Positions 41,433 through 51,612 of a DNA stretch of 64,000 nt are shown one piece after another; the stretch's first letter is position 1, and every line of letters begins with the position of its first letter. The position numbers and the translations under genes were made by a program. Origin of the DNA: a virus; IMG/VR virus record IMGVR_UViG_3300022871_000011, positions 13,274 through 77,273 of that record. The stretch is one strand, 5' to 3'. The notes under the pieces are model-generated. The model ran no database searches. It had not been told where the DNA came from and saw only the letters and a list, made by a program, of their open reading frames with translations.

Positions 41433-41932
41433 GTAGAGAGAACTATCTCGAAACAAGCGGCACCTATAGGGCAATGCCTTATTGGGTTGTCGTTTCTCCC
41501 ACTATGGGATATAGATGTGGCTACGTCGGTATACCCGACTGCATACATACTAAGTGGAATGAACTAGCCACTATCGAGGAAGATGGTGAGGAGTTAGCAG
41601 GTACAGATCATATATACGAAGCAGGCATAAACTGCCATGGTGGTGTCACATTCGAAACACAAATGAAAGGTGATGCAGATTGGTACGAATGCTTTGAGGG
41701 TATGATGATAGGCTTTGACTGCGCACATGCGTGGGATGGCACTGACCCTGAACTGTTAAGTGACAACGGTCTGGAACTAGGACACAGAATGAAGGGTGAA
41801 GTACGTACCAAGGACTTCTGTATAGCAGAATGTGAGAGCATCATTGACCAGCTATGGAGCGGGCCAAGTGGAGATGAGATGAAAGGTGTACTCACAGAAC
41901 TTGAGTATCAATTAAAAAAGGAGAATATCTAA
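41429..41932 (+). CDS. conserved phage protein (CGYVG...HGGVTF...GFDCAH)
   Basis: Recognisable family of unknown function. Confidence 0.8.
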   Translation: MSRENYLETSGTYRAMPYWVVVSPTMGYRCGYVGIPDCIHTKWNELATIEEDGEELAGTDHIYEAGINCHGGVTFETQMKGDADWYECFEGMMIGFDCAHAWDGTDPELLSDNGLELGHRMKGEVRTKDFCIAECESIIDQLWSGPSGDEMKGVLTELEYQLKKENI

Positions 41933-41941
41933 CGCGTTAGA
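41928..41941. repeat. palindrome TCTAACGCGTTAGA, copy 2
   Basis: 14-bp core of the 16-bp palindrome. Confidence 0.8.
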
Positions 41942-41949
41942 CTATTTAA

Positions 41950-42483
41950 ATGAGTAGAGAACTATTAAATGATAAGTACTGCGTAAGATGCGGTAAAACG
42001 AGTGCCACACCATACCTGCAGAAATACACCTATCTCTTTACAGAGAAGGAGGGCTGGCAGGGACAGAAAATAGTGGACATTGGGTGTGGTAACGGACGTA
42101 ATAGCGAGCACATGAAAGCAGTAGGGTTCACAGATGTAAACCCGTTGGACATGAAGCCCGACTACGGCGTTGCCATGACACTGGGTGAGGATAAGATGCC
42201 CATAGCAGACGGGTCAGCTGATATTATATTAGCCAACTACGTCCTTATGTTCCTGAATCATCGGGAATTTAATCAGGTAATAGATGAAATCAAACGAATA
42301 GCAGCCCCGGGTGCATACTTAATGTATGAGCTCTACGCTGCTAAAGATAGCCACTGTCCAACCAAACATGAGCTCATCCAATGCAGAGACGGCGTAGCCG
42401 CCAAGCTAGGATGGACTAAGGTACGGTATGCACAGGAACATTGTATCCTAAAGAATAACAATCGGGTAGACGCCTGGTCCTAG
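41950..42483 (+). CDS. class I SAM-dependent methyltransferase
   Basis: VDIGCGNGRN; ADII; IKRIAAPG. Confidence 0.85.
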   Translation: MSRELLNDKYCVRCGKTSATPYLQKYTYLFTEKEGWQGQKIVDIGCGNGRNSEHMKAVGFTDVNPLDMKPDYGVAMTLGEDKMPIADGSADIILANYVLMFLNHREFNQVIDEIKRIAAPGAYLMYELYAAKDSHCPTKHELIQCRDGVAAKLGWTKVRYAQEHCILKNNNRVDAWS

Positions 42484-42548
42484 GAGGACAACGAATGAAA
42501 ATGCTTGTATATTATATATGGAGTCAAGCACCTTAACACAGGATTAGT

Positions 42549-42899
42549 ATGATCTTCGAAGACATCGATAAAGCCGGCGCCGCATTCACTATGGCATTTG
42601 ATTACATGGAATGGATATGGACCGACGATGACGGGCATTCTTTTAGGCCCCGCTTAGATGACGTAATACATACGCTTGTTAATATGAGAGACTCCCTACT
42701 GGACGACGATGGTAAGCATGACTTCATCAAGTCACAGGGTCTTATGGTAGATGTAACAGACAGTGGTACCATAGTGTACAGGCTTGAGCCTGATTTAGAG
42801 CATGCATATAGATTACTGCACTCTAACAACACCGGTGCTAAGTTTGAATGGTTCGGAGAACGCGAAGATGATGTAGATGATTTCCCTTGGGAGAAATAA
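42549..42899 (+). CDS. hypothetical protein
   Basis: ORF followed by a hairpin. Confidence 0.65.
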   Translation: MIFEDIDKAGAAFTMAFDYMEWIWTDDDGHSFRPRLDDVIHTLVNMRDSLLDDDGKHDFIKSQGLMVDVTDSGTIVYRLEPDLEHAYRLLHSNNTGAKFEWFGEREDDVDDFPWEK

Positions 42900-42901
42900 G
42901 A

Positions 42902-42929
42902 AAGCCCCGGTGTGGACGACCAGGGGCTT
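42902..42929 (+). terminator. hairpin, possible terminator
   Basis: AAGCCCCGGT...ACCAGGGGCTT. Confidence 0.4.
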
Positions 42930-43277
42930 AAAGAGAGAGGAGTAACGTGTAATGAAACACGTACTTGTTGAGTGTCTCCCATACATTACCACCATATGTT
43001 GTGGTTATCAAACTACTATACGTAGTATAGTTCAATTTTTATGCTCTAAATATCTTCAAAATAGGCTGGAAATGACCACTTTATTGTGGCATTATATACT
43101 AGAAAGAAGTACTAGCTGCTATTTTTTTAACCCTTAACACAAAGGAGACGATTGTGAGCAATGACAAATTGAGGAAACATGCCGAAAGGCTACGGTCCAA
43201 ACTGGAGAGACCTAAGGATCTATCCAGCTCAGACTATTATTACACACTTCACGAAGCGAAATGTGTAGCAAGACAAA

Positions 43278-43694
43278 TTAAGAGAAGTAATCGAAGGGGG
43301 TGAAAAACTCATCCTCCATTTGAGCACGAAGACCTAGTTGCTGTTTAGAATACTTACCATTACGGGGAGTACTTTTTAAATAGTATTTTAAAATGATAGA
43401 CATCCTGTGTTTTTTACTTCTCTCTTTGATATAAGGGAAGAGAAGTACACAGGCATTATAAGCTCGCCTGTGGGAGATAGACCACACAAAGGCAGGCTTA
43501 TGGTGTGCTTGATATGTTTTTTGTGTTCTTATGCAGCCCCCAAAGTGCTCTGCAAGGAATTCTAAAAGACCTCTATCTGTGTTAGTCATGGATATTATTA
43601 CTGTCTTGTTGCTCTCGGCACTGCGGCGCATGAATGTTATTGTTCCCTCGCCGTCAAAAAGACCAGCAGCATATGCTAGTTCTATCTTTTTCAT
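43278..43694 (-). CDS. free-standing single-motif LAGLIDADG homing endonuclease
   Basis: LAYAAGLFDGEGTI; FGG; LFPYI. Confidence 0.88.
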   Translation of the reverse strand: MKKIELAYAAGLFDGEGTITFMRRSAESNKTVIISMTNTDRGLLEFLAEHFGGCIRTQKTYQAHHKPAFVWSISHRRAYNACVLLFPYIKERSKKHRMSIILKYYLKSTPRNGKYSKQQLGLRAQMEDEFFTPFDYFS

Positions 43695-43750
43695 AACTTA
43701 TATTCTCCTTTATATTATTGGACCATGGTATAATACAAAGGATTACTTGA

Positions 43751-43885
43751 GGGGGCGAAGCGAATCGATTGCTTAGCGAGCAAGTTATCCGGCGTGGTAG
43801 CCCACACGGACAAATGCTTTAGACGTAACCGTGGATGACCCAAGCGTTAATCAAGACCAGGGCTCGCAGCCCTGCGCCTCCACCA
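43751..43885 (+). ncRNA. ssrA: miniature tmRNA-like RNA (tRNA-like domain with G3-U70, 135 nt)
   Basis: GGGGGCG/CGCCTCC-A-CCA; stemless D-loop ending TCGA; GAC before T arm CAGGG-CTCGCAG-CCCTG; extended -10 TGGTATAAT at 43726-43734. Confidence 0.75.
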
Positions 43886-43919
43886 ACACCTCCAACCACT
43901 AACTATGAAAGGATATATT

Positions 43920-45284
43920 ATGAACGATCTAGTATTAAAGCTCGTCGAACAAGCCGAGCTCAAACATTGGCAAGTCCTACTCGTAGGAGGCGCCGTAAGG
44001 GATCAGTTCTTTGAAAAAGCTGAAGAAGTAAAGGACTATGATCTAGAATTCTACGGCCCAACAGCTGAAGAGCTAGAAGAGTTCCTAAGTAAAATAGGAA
44101 ACGTCAAAGCAGTTGGCAAAAGCTTTGGTGTTTATAAGTTAACAGTAGATGATATTGATCTTGATGTGTCCTTACCTAGAAGGGAGAACAAAGTAGGTGT
44201 AGGGCACAAGGGTTTTGTAATTGAAGCGGACGGGAGCATGACTCCTGAGGAAGCCGCTACTCGAAGAGACTTCACTATGAATGCCATCGCAATGAACGTG
44301 CGAAGTGGTGAGGTCCTGGATTACTTTAAAGGCTTGAATGACATCAAGGACAGGATACTTAAGCACACATCGGATCGGTTCATTGAGGACCCACTGAGAG
44401 TGCTACGTGGTTTCCAGTTCTGTGGTCGTTTTGGTCTGTCCGCGGATAAGTCAACGTTAGAGCTGTGCGAACAGCTACTCCCACAATACACCGAGCTACC
44501 AAAGGAACGTGTATGGATGGAGTGGGAGAAATGGGCCGATAGATCTACCAAGCCCTCTTTTGGGTTAAAGTTCCTTAAGAAGACAGGTTGGCTAGAGCTC
44601 TACCCTGAGCTATATGACCTGGTAGGACTGGAACAAGACGCGTTGTGGCATCCTGAAGGGGATGTATTTACACATTCGTGTCAATCCTGCGATGCTATGG
44701 TTAAGCTATGTGATGAGGGTGGTAAGAAGGGTAGGGACCGTCAGGTTCTTATGTTTGCCATACTCTGTCATGACTTAGGCAAGGTTGTAACGTCAGAGAT
44801 CAATGATCAAGGCCGTATAATTTCCAGAGGCCACCCTGAAGCGGGTGAGGAGTACACCAGGCTATTTCTTAATAGTATAGGTGCACCCCAGGAAGTTATC
44901 GAGAGGGTTATACCTCTGGTCGTTAATCATATGATGCACTTATCAGAACACTCGACCAAGTCGGTCAGGCGTTTGTCCATTAGATTAGGGAAAGCCAATA
45001 TCGATGAGCTTGCTTATGTGATAACGGCGGACTCACGTGGACGTGGAAGTTTATCAAAGAATGAAGTACCCGGATTAGCTGAACTGATTAGACTGGCCAA
45101 AGAGGTAAAGGTTCAGACCTTTGCCCCTAAGCCTATCTTAAAGGGTAGACACCTTATGGACCTCGGTCAAGCGGCCGGACCTGATATGGGTAAACACCTT
45201 GAGAGAGCCTACCAAGCACAGCTAGATGGATTCTTCTCCACAGAGACCACAGCAATACAGTGGTTTGTGGATCACACAAAATAA
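43920..45284 (+). CDS. cca: CCA-adding tRNA nucleotidyltransferase with HD domain
   Basis: VGGAVRD, DYD, RRDFTMNA, EDPLRVLR, HPEGDV, HDLGK. Confidence 0.93.
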   Translation: MNDLVLKLVEQAELKHWQVLLVGGAVRDQFFEKAEEVKDYDLEFYGPTAEELEEFLSKIGNVKAVGKSFGVYKLTVDDIDLDVSLPRRENKVGVGHKGFVIEADGSMTPEEAATRRDFTMNAIAMNVRSGEVLDYFKGLNDIKDRILKHTSDRFIEDPLRVLRGFQFCGRFGLSADKSTLELCEQLLPQYTELPKERVWMEWEKWADRSTKPSFGLKFLKKTGWLELYPELYDLVGLEQDALWHPEGDVFTHSCQSCDAMVKLCDEGGKKGRDRQVLMFAILCHDLGKVVTSEINDQGRIISRGHPEAGEEYTRLFLNSIGAPQEVIERVIPLVVNHMMHLSEHSTKSVRRLSIRLGKANIDELAYVITADSRGRGSLSKNEVPGLAELIRLAKEVKVQTFAPKPILKGRHLMDLGQAAGPDMGKHLERAYQAQLDGFFSTETTAIQWFVDHTK

Positions 45285-45305
45285 AAACTAAATAAGGAAA
45301 TCAGA

Positions 45306-45662
45306 ATGATCTACCAACTGAATAAGGATCAGACTCTTGAAGGGTCTGCAGAAGAAATCATTGAAGCTTTGTTGACAGACCACAGGGAGCACCTGTATCG
45401 TCATAACAAAGTTACACTGGTGAACCCCCAAAATGATGCAAAAGTGTACTACTACAAAGCTAAAACCAACTACTGCCCCACTTGTGGGATGGTACACGGT
45501 AGTCGCATACAATTGATTCCCAAAAACCTGCCAAACTTCGAATCTTATTTCAATCCCGCCGTATGCACAATGTGCAGGCAGGGTGTGGGAACCGAAGTAG
45601 AGGATTGGATGAGGGAGTTCTTGGAGGATGACCATGAAACACTGGCCGCCGCCAAAGGATGA
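45306..45662 (+). CDS. hypothetical CxxC protein
   Basis: ORF track. Confidence 0.6.
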   Translation: MIYQLNKDQTLEGSAEEIIEALLTDHREHLYRHNKVTLVNPQNDAKVYYYKAKTNYCPTCGMVHGSRIQLIPKNLPNFESYFNPAVCTMCRQGVGTEVEDWMREFLEDDHETLAAAKG

Positions 45663-45852
45663 GTATATGAAGGACCTCTTCACACTAGCGTTGCACAATA
45701 AACAGCATGAAGATGCTTTTGTACATCGTAGGGGGCGCACTATGCGTCCCTTGTGTGATGCGGCCGTACCGTTAGAATGGCAGACGTTGGAAGACGACGA
45801 TGTTACTTGCCCCGTCTGCATAGCTAGATTAAAGGAGTTTAAATACAAATAA
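45628..45852 (+). CDS. small zinc-finger-like protein
   Basis: H..LC...VTCPVC. Confidence 0.55.
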   Translation: MTMKHWPPPKDEYMKDLFTLALHNKQHEDAFVHRRGRTMRPLCDAAVPLEWQTLEDDDVTCPVCIARLKEFKYK

Positions 45853-45930
45853 ATGGACAGCGGATTTGCACGGTTAGTTGATAATGTGTCCTACATGGTG
45901 TATCTTAGGTAAACAACTAAGAGGTATACT

Positions 45931-46893
45931 ATGAAATGTGCAGATGTAGGTTCGTTGCTAGAGGAAACACCTCAAGCATATTATTGGATGGGTTTTTTGA
46001 TGGCTGATGGTTATTTGTCCGCTAAGCGGGTTACGTTAACACTCGCTCTAGAGGATGAAGAGCATCTACGTAGGTTTGGTAATTTTATCAGGTACTCAGG
46101 CAGGCGTAAAGCGGAGGGTAATAGCCAGAGCATATCTGCTATGGATACGTGTCTAATTCCTAGATTAAAACGTAAGTTTGATCTAGATAAACAGAAAACG
46201 TATAAACCACCTGCTCAACTACCTGATGTGCCGGATGACCTGTTGTTATCCCTTATTATAGGGTTTATTGATGGGGACGGATGCATCAGAGCCCAGACAG
46301 GACGAATAGACCCCGCGTTGACAGTTAAAGTACACGACTCGTGGCTCGATATAATGGAGGATATGAGTTGTTTTTTACACGAGAGAGCCGGATGCTCTAC
46401 GGTACATGCCCGTATAAATAATGCTGGTTATGCGTTTTTTACTGTAACCAACTCTATCGTCTTAAAATATATTAAGAAGGGAGCACTAAGATTACAGCTA
46501 CCGGTTTTGGCCCGTAAATGGGACAAGGTAGACTTGGCTCATGTGAGCAGGGCAGAGTTGGGCCTTACACGAGTGGGGCAGGTAAAAGAGGCCTCTGCTA
46601 GGGGTTTAAGCCTTCAGGAGATGGCTGATACGTTGAATCTTAAGTATAACACAGTCTACATGATTTGTAGACGTAACGCTATCGCTATGAATAAAGATAA
46701 AGAAGTAAGGCAGGTGGAAACACTAGCCCACGAGGGTTTAACCATCAAACAAATCGCCGCGGAATTAAAACTAAACTACAAGGCTGTTTATCTGCGTTGT
46801 AAAAGACATTCAATCGCGGTTACAAGAGAGAGGAGAGATAAAAAAGCTAATGTCAAATCAGTACTGGAGCGCGGATCTTCACATCTCGCATAA
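45931..46893 (+). CDS. free-standing double-motif LAGLIDADG endonuclease with C-terminal HTH repeats
   Basis: YWMGFLMADG and IIGFIDGDG; promoter TTGATA-N17-TATCTT at 45878-45906. Confidence 0.88.
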   Translation: MKCADVGSLLEETPQAYYWMGFLMADGYLSAKRVTLTLALEDEEHLRRFGNFIRYSGRRKAEGNSQSISAMDTCLIPRLKRKFDLDKQKTYKPPAQLPDVPDDLLLSLIIGFIDGDGCIRAQTGRIDPALTVKVHDSWLDIMEDMSCFLHERAGCSTVHARINNAGYAFFTVTNSIVLKYIKKGALRLQLPVLARKWDKVDLAHVSRAELGLTRVGQVKEASARGLSLQEMADTLNLKYNTVYMICRRNAIAMNKDKEVRQVETLAHEGLTIKQIAAELKLNYKAVYLRCKRHSIAVTRERRDKKANVKSVLERGSSHLA

Positions 46894-47455
46894 GAATGTG
46901 ATAGGTCATAACAATCGACCTTTTTCATGCATAGAGGAGCATGATCAGGCTATGATTGATAATATAAATAATACCTGCACACGTAAGGATACCCTTAATA
47001 TTATAGGGGACTTCGCATGGAACGATCACGGTAAATGGCTTGCTGCTATCAAATGTAAGAAGGTTCTCATCAGCGGGAGCCACGACAGGATGGCGCAGAA
47101 GTACCTGGATTGCTTCACTGCAGTGTACGATATGAGAATAATGAAACATCAACATGAAATATTGGTGATGGCTCATTGCCCCTTCCGTACATGGGAACGT
47201 TCCCATTATGGTAGTGTACTCCTACATGGCCACTGCCATGGTAGACTGGAGACCTGGAACCTGTCGTTTGATGTAGGCGTGGACACCCATGACTACAAGC
47301 CGTATGCATGGGATGAGCTCAAGCCTATGATAGACAAACGCAGAGATGAGATGAGAGCAGCAGGTAGAGTCGTGACAGAGGATAGAACAGGTAAAGTCCT
47401 GTGGAGACAAGATGATGTCAGGTTCTGGAAAGATAAGTACGATAAGAAAGAATAG
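46850..47455 (+). CDS. calcineurin-like metallophosphoesterase
   Basis: DLHISH, GDF, GSHD, HCP, HGHCH, DVGVD. Confidence 0.9.
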   Translation: MSNQYWSADLHISHKNVIGHNNRPFSCIEEHDQAMIDNINNTCTRKDTLNIIGDFAWNDHGKWLAAIKCKKVLISGSHDRMAQKYLDCFTAVYDMRIMKHQHEILVMAHCPFRTWERSHYGSVLLHGHCHGRLETWNLSFDVGVDTHDYKPYAWDELKPMIDKRRDEMRAAGRVVTEDRTGKVLWRQDDVRFWKDKYDKKE

Positions 47456-47508
47456 CTCGCCCTGAGCTTAGCAGGGTATAAGTAATATTTTTCACTAATA
47501 ACAAAGGA

Positions 47509-47787
47509 GTGACCATGTATCATTGCGACAATTGTGGAGCACAAACACCATCAGGACAACGTGCTCTGAAGCATGCAGTTTCCAGGAAGAAAGAGTACCG
47601 CAACCATACCAAGAATGAAGCTAAGAAGCATACAGTCGGGTATGAGACAGAACGTGAGATGAAACTTTGCAGTAAGTGTAAGGACGATGTGGCAGCGGCT
47701 GATAAAGCGCATGAGGCCTTGGCCAGAGCGACGGAGCCCACACCACGTGAGATGACGGACTTTATAAATACACTTAACGAAATTTAG
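47509..47787 (+). CDS. hypothetical zinc-binding protein
   Basis: CDNC...CSKC. Confidence 0.65.
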   Translation: MTMYHCDNCGAQTPSGQRALKHAVSRKKEYRNHTKNEAKKHTVGYETEREMKLCSKCKDDVAAADKAHEALARATEPTPREMTDFINTLNEI

Positions 47788-47798
47788 GGGGTGTAGGG

Positions 47799-48122
47799 AT
47801 GAAACCTCATATAGTAGACTTTCTAAGGAAGACCCTCAACAATGAGGCTGTTCCCGAAGAAGTACATAAAGACATCGTCGACCTCATGCTTGAAGAGCTG
47901 GGGTATGACGGCGTTGCAACAGGTGAACGTTTCAGCTGCGTCCAACTGGTATCCGGAGATTGGATACCTGTTACGGCCTATGCTGAGATTAGCAGTCACA
48001 TACTCGATGATAGTAAAATCGCAGCAATCAAAGCATTGAGGGCCGCAACATCGTGGGGTCTTAAGGACTCTAAGGACTTTATCGAACGTTATTGGAATGA
48101 ATTTAAAAAATCAGGAGATTAA
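47799..48122 (+). CDS. ribosomal protein L7/L12 C-terminal domain-containing protein
   Basis: KIAAIKALRAATSWGLKDSKDFIE matches the bL12 CTD motif KIxVIKxVRxxTGLGLKEAKDLVE. Confidence 0.8.
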   Translation: MKPHIVDFLRKTLNNEAVPEEVHKDIVDLMLEELGYDGVATGERFSCVQLVSGDWIPVTAYAEISSHILDDSKIAAIKALRAATSWGLKDSKDFIERYWNEFKKSGD

Positions 48123-48123
48123 A

Positions 48124-49443
48124 ATGAAAATGTTTTTTACAAAGAAGTTCTCGAAGAAGGAATTGGCAGCTGAGATCTATGATGCTATCCATGATACAGC
48201 GGAGATCAAGGACAACATCGACAGTGACACGAACCTCAAGCTGCTGAAGACTCAAGAAGATATGGGTATGTATGTCTGGAACGCCCTCGTTGAAGTAGGG
48301 ATCTGGGATGGTTATAAGAATAGCTTTGAGGTTGACTTCGAAAACGTCAGCATGACTCATCGTGATTTCGGTGAAAAGGATTTCCTGGGCTTTCATACCC
48401 TGGAGAATGACTTGACCTACCTTGGTGTATGCTTCGGTGGTGATTGGGAGACTCCTGTATATGCGGCTATCTTCCACGGTGGAGGGGAGCTACATGTGGC
48501 TGTACCTATTGATGGTAATACGTATAACACCAAGACTGGTGGTGCGTATGGTAACGATGCCCTTGCAGATGCCTCCAACATGACTCTAAGAGTTATGCAG
48601 GAGCAGTTCAAGGACATGACATGTGATCACATTCCGGATGCAGCAGATGATACAGAGGATGCCCTTATTGATGTAGGGGAGCAGCTCTCTACTATGATTC
48701 ATCCCCGTTGTGACCTGATGATTGCCGAGCTAAACCGTGACTTACTCTATTATGATGTTAAGGCGGAAGAAGGCCAGCAGGTTGAACTACCAGAGCTGGC
48801 TGATATCACTACCATGATCCACGGGTCTAAGCTTGCTGATAATCTATCAGAAGCCATCAATGAAGCAGCAGACGCCCGCTTCCACGAGGATGACGGTAAC
48901 TATGCTTGTGATGGTGCACTGGAGTGCTCAACAGAGGCTGTGGAGGCCTGGGTAGAAGCAGAAGGTCTCCGTAAATGTGACGATAAGGCTACAGAAGACG
49001 AGAAGAAGGAAGAAGCAAAAGAGGTAGCAGCGGCTGTGCGTAAGCATTTCCGTGATAACCTACCTAATGCTTTTCCTCTGCCCATTATCACAGAAGACCG
49101 TGAGATTCTATTCAAGCCTGGTGCACACCAGGACGACGATGCGGAAGGCGAGGCTCTGGAAGATACTACTATGCGTCAGCAGGTAGATAAGTTCAAGGAA
49201 GCCAATGATGTACAGCGCCGTTTAGCGTTGCACAGGCTAACTGCACAGATCGCACAGGAAACTAAAATGCTTGCTCAATTGAGTGAAGCCGACCTCGAGC
49301 TCCTTATGAAAGAAGCCACCGAGAAGGAAGACGCAGCAAAGGAGGCAGCAGATGATAAGGACGATGCAGCCGGACCCGATGCTGATTCGGACGAACCGGA
49401 AGCTACGAGTGGTAGTGAGGGCGGAGACAAAGAGGCTGGGTGA
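48124..49443 (+). CDS. acidic hypothetical protein (DFEN...GGDWE...GNTYN)
   Basis: AGGAG RBS; long ORF. Confidence 0.75.
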   Translation: MKMFFTKKFSKKELAAEIYDAIHDTAEIKDNIDSDTNLKLLKTQEDMGMYVWNALVEVGIWDGYKNSFEVDFENVSMTHRDFGEKDFLGFHTLENDLTYLGVCFGGDWETPVYAAIFHGGGELHVAVPIDGNTYNTKTGGAYGNDALADASNMTLRVMQEQFKDMTCDHIPDAADDTEDALIDVGEQLSTMIHPRCDLMIAELNRDLLYYDVKAEEGQQVELPELADITTMIHGSKLADNLSEAINEAADARFHEDDGNYACDGALECSTEAVEAWVEAEGLRKCDDKATEDEKKEEAKEVAAAVRKHFRDNLPNAFPLPIITEDREILFKPGAHQDDDAEGEALEDTTMRQQVDKFKEANDVQRRLALHRLTAQIAQETKMLAQLSEADLELLMKEATEKEDAAKEAADDKDDAAGPDADSDEPEATSGSEGGDKEAG

Positions 49444-50068
49444 TACAACTTACTCAACCTTGTACGGACCGTCAGGCGCAATATTTATTTCGCCTGTTCG
49501 GTTTACTTCATATGAAAGCCTTGATGTGTATACCAAGGAAGTTTTCGGACTAAGTGCAAGTATACGTATGAGAAGTTTCGACGAAACAAAAAGGAGGTAT
49601 GATATCAAAGACCTAAAGTATAAGAATCCTCCGGACAAGTTGCCGGATGGCTCGCCCCGCCCAATGGGTGCACACGAATACTCCGAGCGAGAGCTTAGAG
49701 AGTTTGCCCTGCACCTAGCGGATAACAAGATCTTCAGTAGCAGGCACATAAGACCCGGTGAAGAGGATATGTTGAGTACTATCTTCATGCCCCTGATATT
49801 TCAAGGGCAACACTTTCGTGCTTACATGATACGTGCGGAGATAACCACACTCTTTGAGTACATAGACAAGGCAGGACCACAGGGTATCAACGGATATCCT
49901 ATGTTCACGTCGTTTCGATGTCTAACAGAAGAACAAAGCAAAAGGATGTTTAACTATTATGACGAAGCAGAAAAAGTCAGAGAAGCCTTCCTATCCGCTG
50001 GTGGATCAGGACAAGTGGTTAAAGAAGATCCGGCTGAACAAAAAGTCAGTGCAGGAAAACCATCTTAA
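49352..50068 (+). CDS. hypothetical protein (FMPL...EYIDKAGP..INGYPMF family)
   Basis: ORF track; true start uncertain. Confidence 0.65.
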   Translation: MIRTMQPDPMLIRTNRKLRVVVRAETKRLGDTTYSTLYGPSGAIFISPVRFTSYESLDVYTKEVFGLSASIRMRSFDETKRRYDIKDLKYKNPPDKLPDGSPRPMGAHEYSERELREFALHLADNKIFSSRHIRPGEEDMLSTIFMPLIFQGQHFRAYMIRAEITTLFEYIDKAGPQGINGYPMFTSFRCLTEEQSKRMFNYYDEAEKVREAFLSAGGSGQVVKEDPAEQKVSAGKPS

Positions 50069-50306
50069 GATATGTATCATGTGTACCGAGCATGGCTTGA
50101 ACTATGCATGGACACAGAACCAGCTGGCGGATATGATGGATAAATTGGAGGGTTGCCGGCGCGATTCCGCTTCTAAGGAGTGGGACTTCGACTTCGGCAA
50201 AGAGGGTGAGCAATGTAAAGGTTGTGGGTTTGTAGCAGCACATGTTGCTTTGAACTTCTCAGATAAACTAGCAAAAGGAGATGACGATGGCGGCAATAAT
50301 GAGTAA
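49959..50306 (+). CDS. hypothetical protein
   Basis: ORF track; start uncertain. Confidence 0.5.
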   Translation: MTKQKKSEKPSYPLVDQDKWLKKIRLNKKSVQENHLKICIMCTEHGLNYAWTQNQLADMMDKLEGCRRDSASKEWDFDFGKEGEQCKGCGFVAAHVALNFSDKLAKGDDDGGNNE

Positions 50307-50781
50307 AGCCAGAAGAATGGCCATATTAGGCCGCATTGGTGTCTATAATGACTTGGAGATGCACTTCAAGACAGGCTTGGCTGGGAAGGGCTATATACCC
50401 GCTAAGTTCATACCCAAAGACGCAGAACGCTTTGCATGTGTAAGCCTTGATTATACAGTCAAGGAATCAGGTGCTAAAAGGCATTCACATTATGTTTTAT
50501 TTAGATGGGTAGTAACCGAAGACGCAGAGGAGGCGAGGGAGCATTGGGTGGCACTAACACTCAAGCAGTGCCCGGATGAACCAGGCAGACCTGGACAGAC
50601 TTGGCGTATGAAGGAAACTACACTCTCGGGCTGGTATTATGGTGTTTATAATGAACGCCTGAATAAAGAGCCCATTAAAGGAATAGAGGTCACAAAGCTA
50701 CATATGAGGAAACGGGTACCTACCGAAACAGAGGACCTGATCCAGGCTATGAAGTTTTGTGAGAAACTAGGAGGAGTGTAA
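50281..50781 (+). CDS. hypothetical protein
   Basis: AGGAG RBS. Confidence 0.65.
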   Translation: MTMAAIMSKARRMAILGRIGVYNDLEMHFKTGLAGKGYIPAKFIPKDAERFACVSLDYTVKESGAKRHSHYVLFRWVVTEDAEEAREHWVALTLKQCPDEPGRPGQTWRMKETTLSGWYYGVYNERLNKEPIKGIEVTKLHMRKRVPTETEDLIQAMKFCEKLGGV

Positions 50782-51191
50782 TGGTTATAATATTCCACGC
50801 AATAAGATGGATGGTAGGACTGTATTTAGCATACACAGCATCTATGCCTATGCTAAACAATTGGGGCGGAGTAGGCCCTGAGCCCACCATGTCTATTACA
50901 TTTCTGTGGTTTGTATGGCTCTTAGGCATGTTTATGATGTACAAGAGTTTAAGAGGCATAGGTGTAGGGCAGTCAAGGATACCTGAAGGAGCCACAAAGA
51001 CGATACACCTTGGCTTCGAGATGGAAACCCTGGAGAGTGGCCAGAAGACTATGGACCAGCTCCAGAAACTACTAACCCGCGCTATCCAGGTAAAGAAGTG
51101 TAAAATGAATACTGATATTGCTGCATTCGAACAGGCAGCAAAGGAGGTAGCTGAAGTAGAAGCGATGAATGAAGAGAAGAATAGTGAATAA
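50781..51191 (+). CDS. membrane protein
   Basis: Two hydrophobic segments; GGAGG RBS. Confidence 0.65.
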   Translation: MVIIFHAIRWMVGLYLAYTASMPMLNNWGGVGPEPTMSITFLWFVWLLGMFMMYKSLRGIGVGQSRIPEGATKTIHLGFEMETLESGQKTMDQLQKLLTRAIQVKKCKMNTDIAAFEQAAKEVAEVEAMNEEKNSE

Positions 51192-51218
51192 ACGTTTTAA
51201 ACAATAAAGGAGAATTAG

Positions 51219-51587
51219 ATGAAAACTTCAAACCGAAACCCCATTCCTGAAGGAGTATACAACTACTACATCAAGGAAGATAAAAAGATCATCGGATCAG
51301 TGGCCTTCAAGCCTAACGATGATGGCACTGTGTCTAGAGGCATAGCTGTGACCGGGCTAGGAGAGTCAGGTAGTAAGAAGATTGGAAGAAAGATTGCACT
51401 GGGAAGACTCCAGAGAGCCTTAAAAGATGCAGAATCCTCCAGTCCTATTAACTTTAGACGGGATGCTTGTGCAAGGTTCGCAACATCGTTCGAGGGCATC
51501 AAGGCTGATATGTTTAAGTCAGGCTTTGAGGTTGAACCAACATCCTTCGAAACAAGGATAATTGAAAGTGTCAGTAGTGACTACTAA
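51219..51587 (+). CDS. hypothetical protein (KKIGRKIALGR family)
   Basis: AGGAG RBS. Confidence 0.7.
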   Translation: MKTSNRNPIPEGVYNYYIKEDKKIIGSVAFKPNDDGTVSRGIAVTGLGESGSKKIGRKIALGRLQRALKDAESSSPINFRRDACARFATSFEGIKADMFKSGFEVEPTSFETRIIESVSSDY

Positions 51588-51612
51588 GTTGACAAAGAAG
51601 AAGTAAGTTTTT

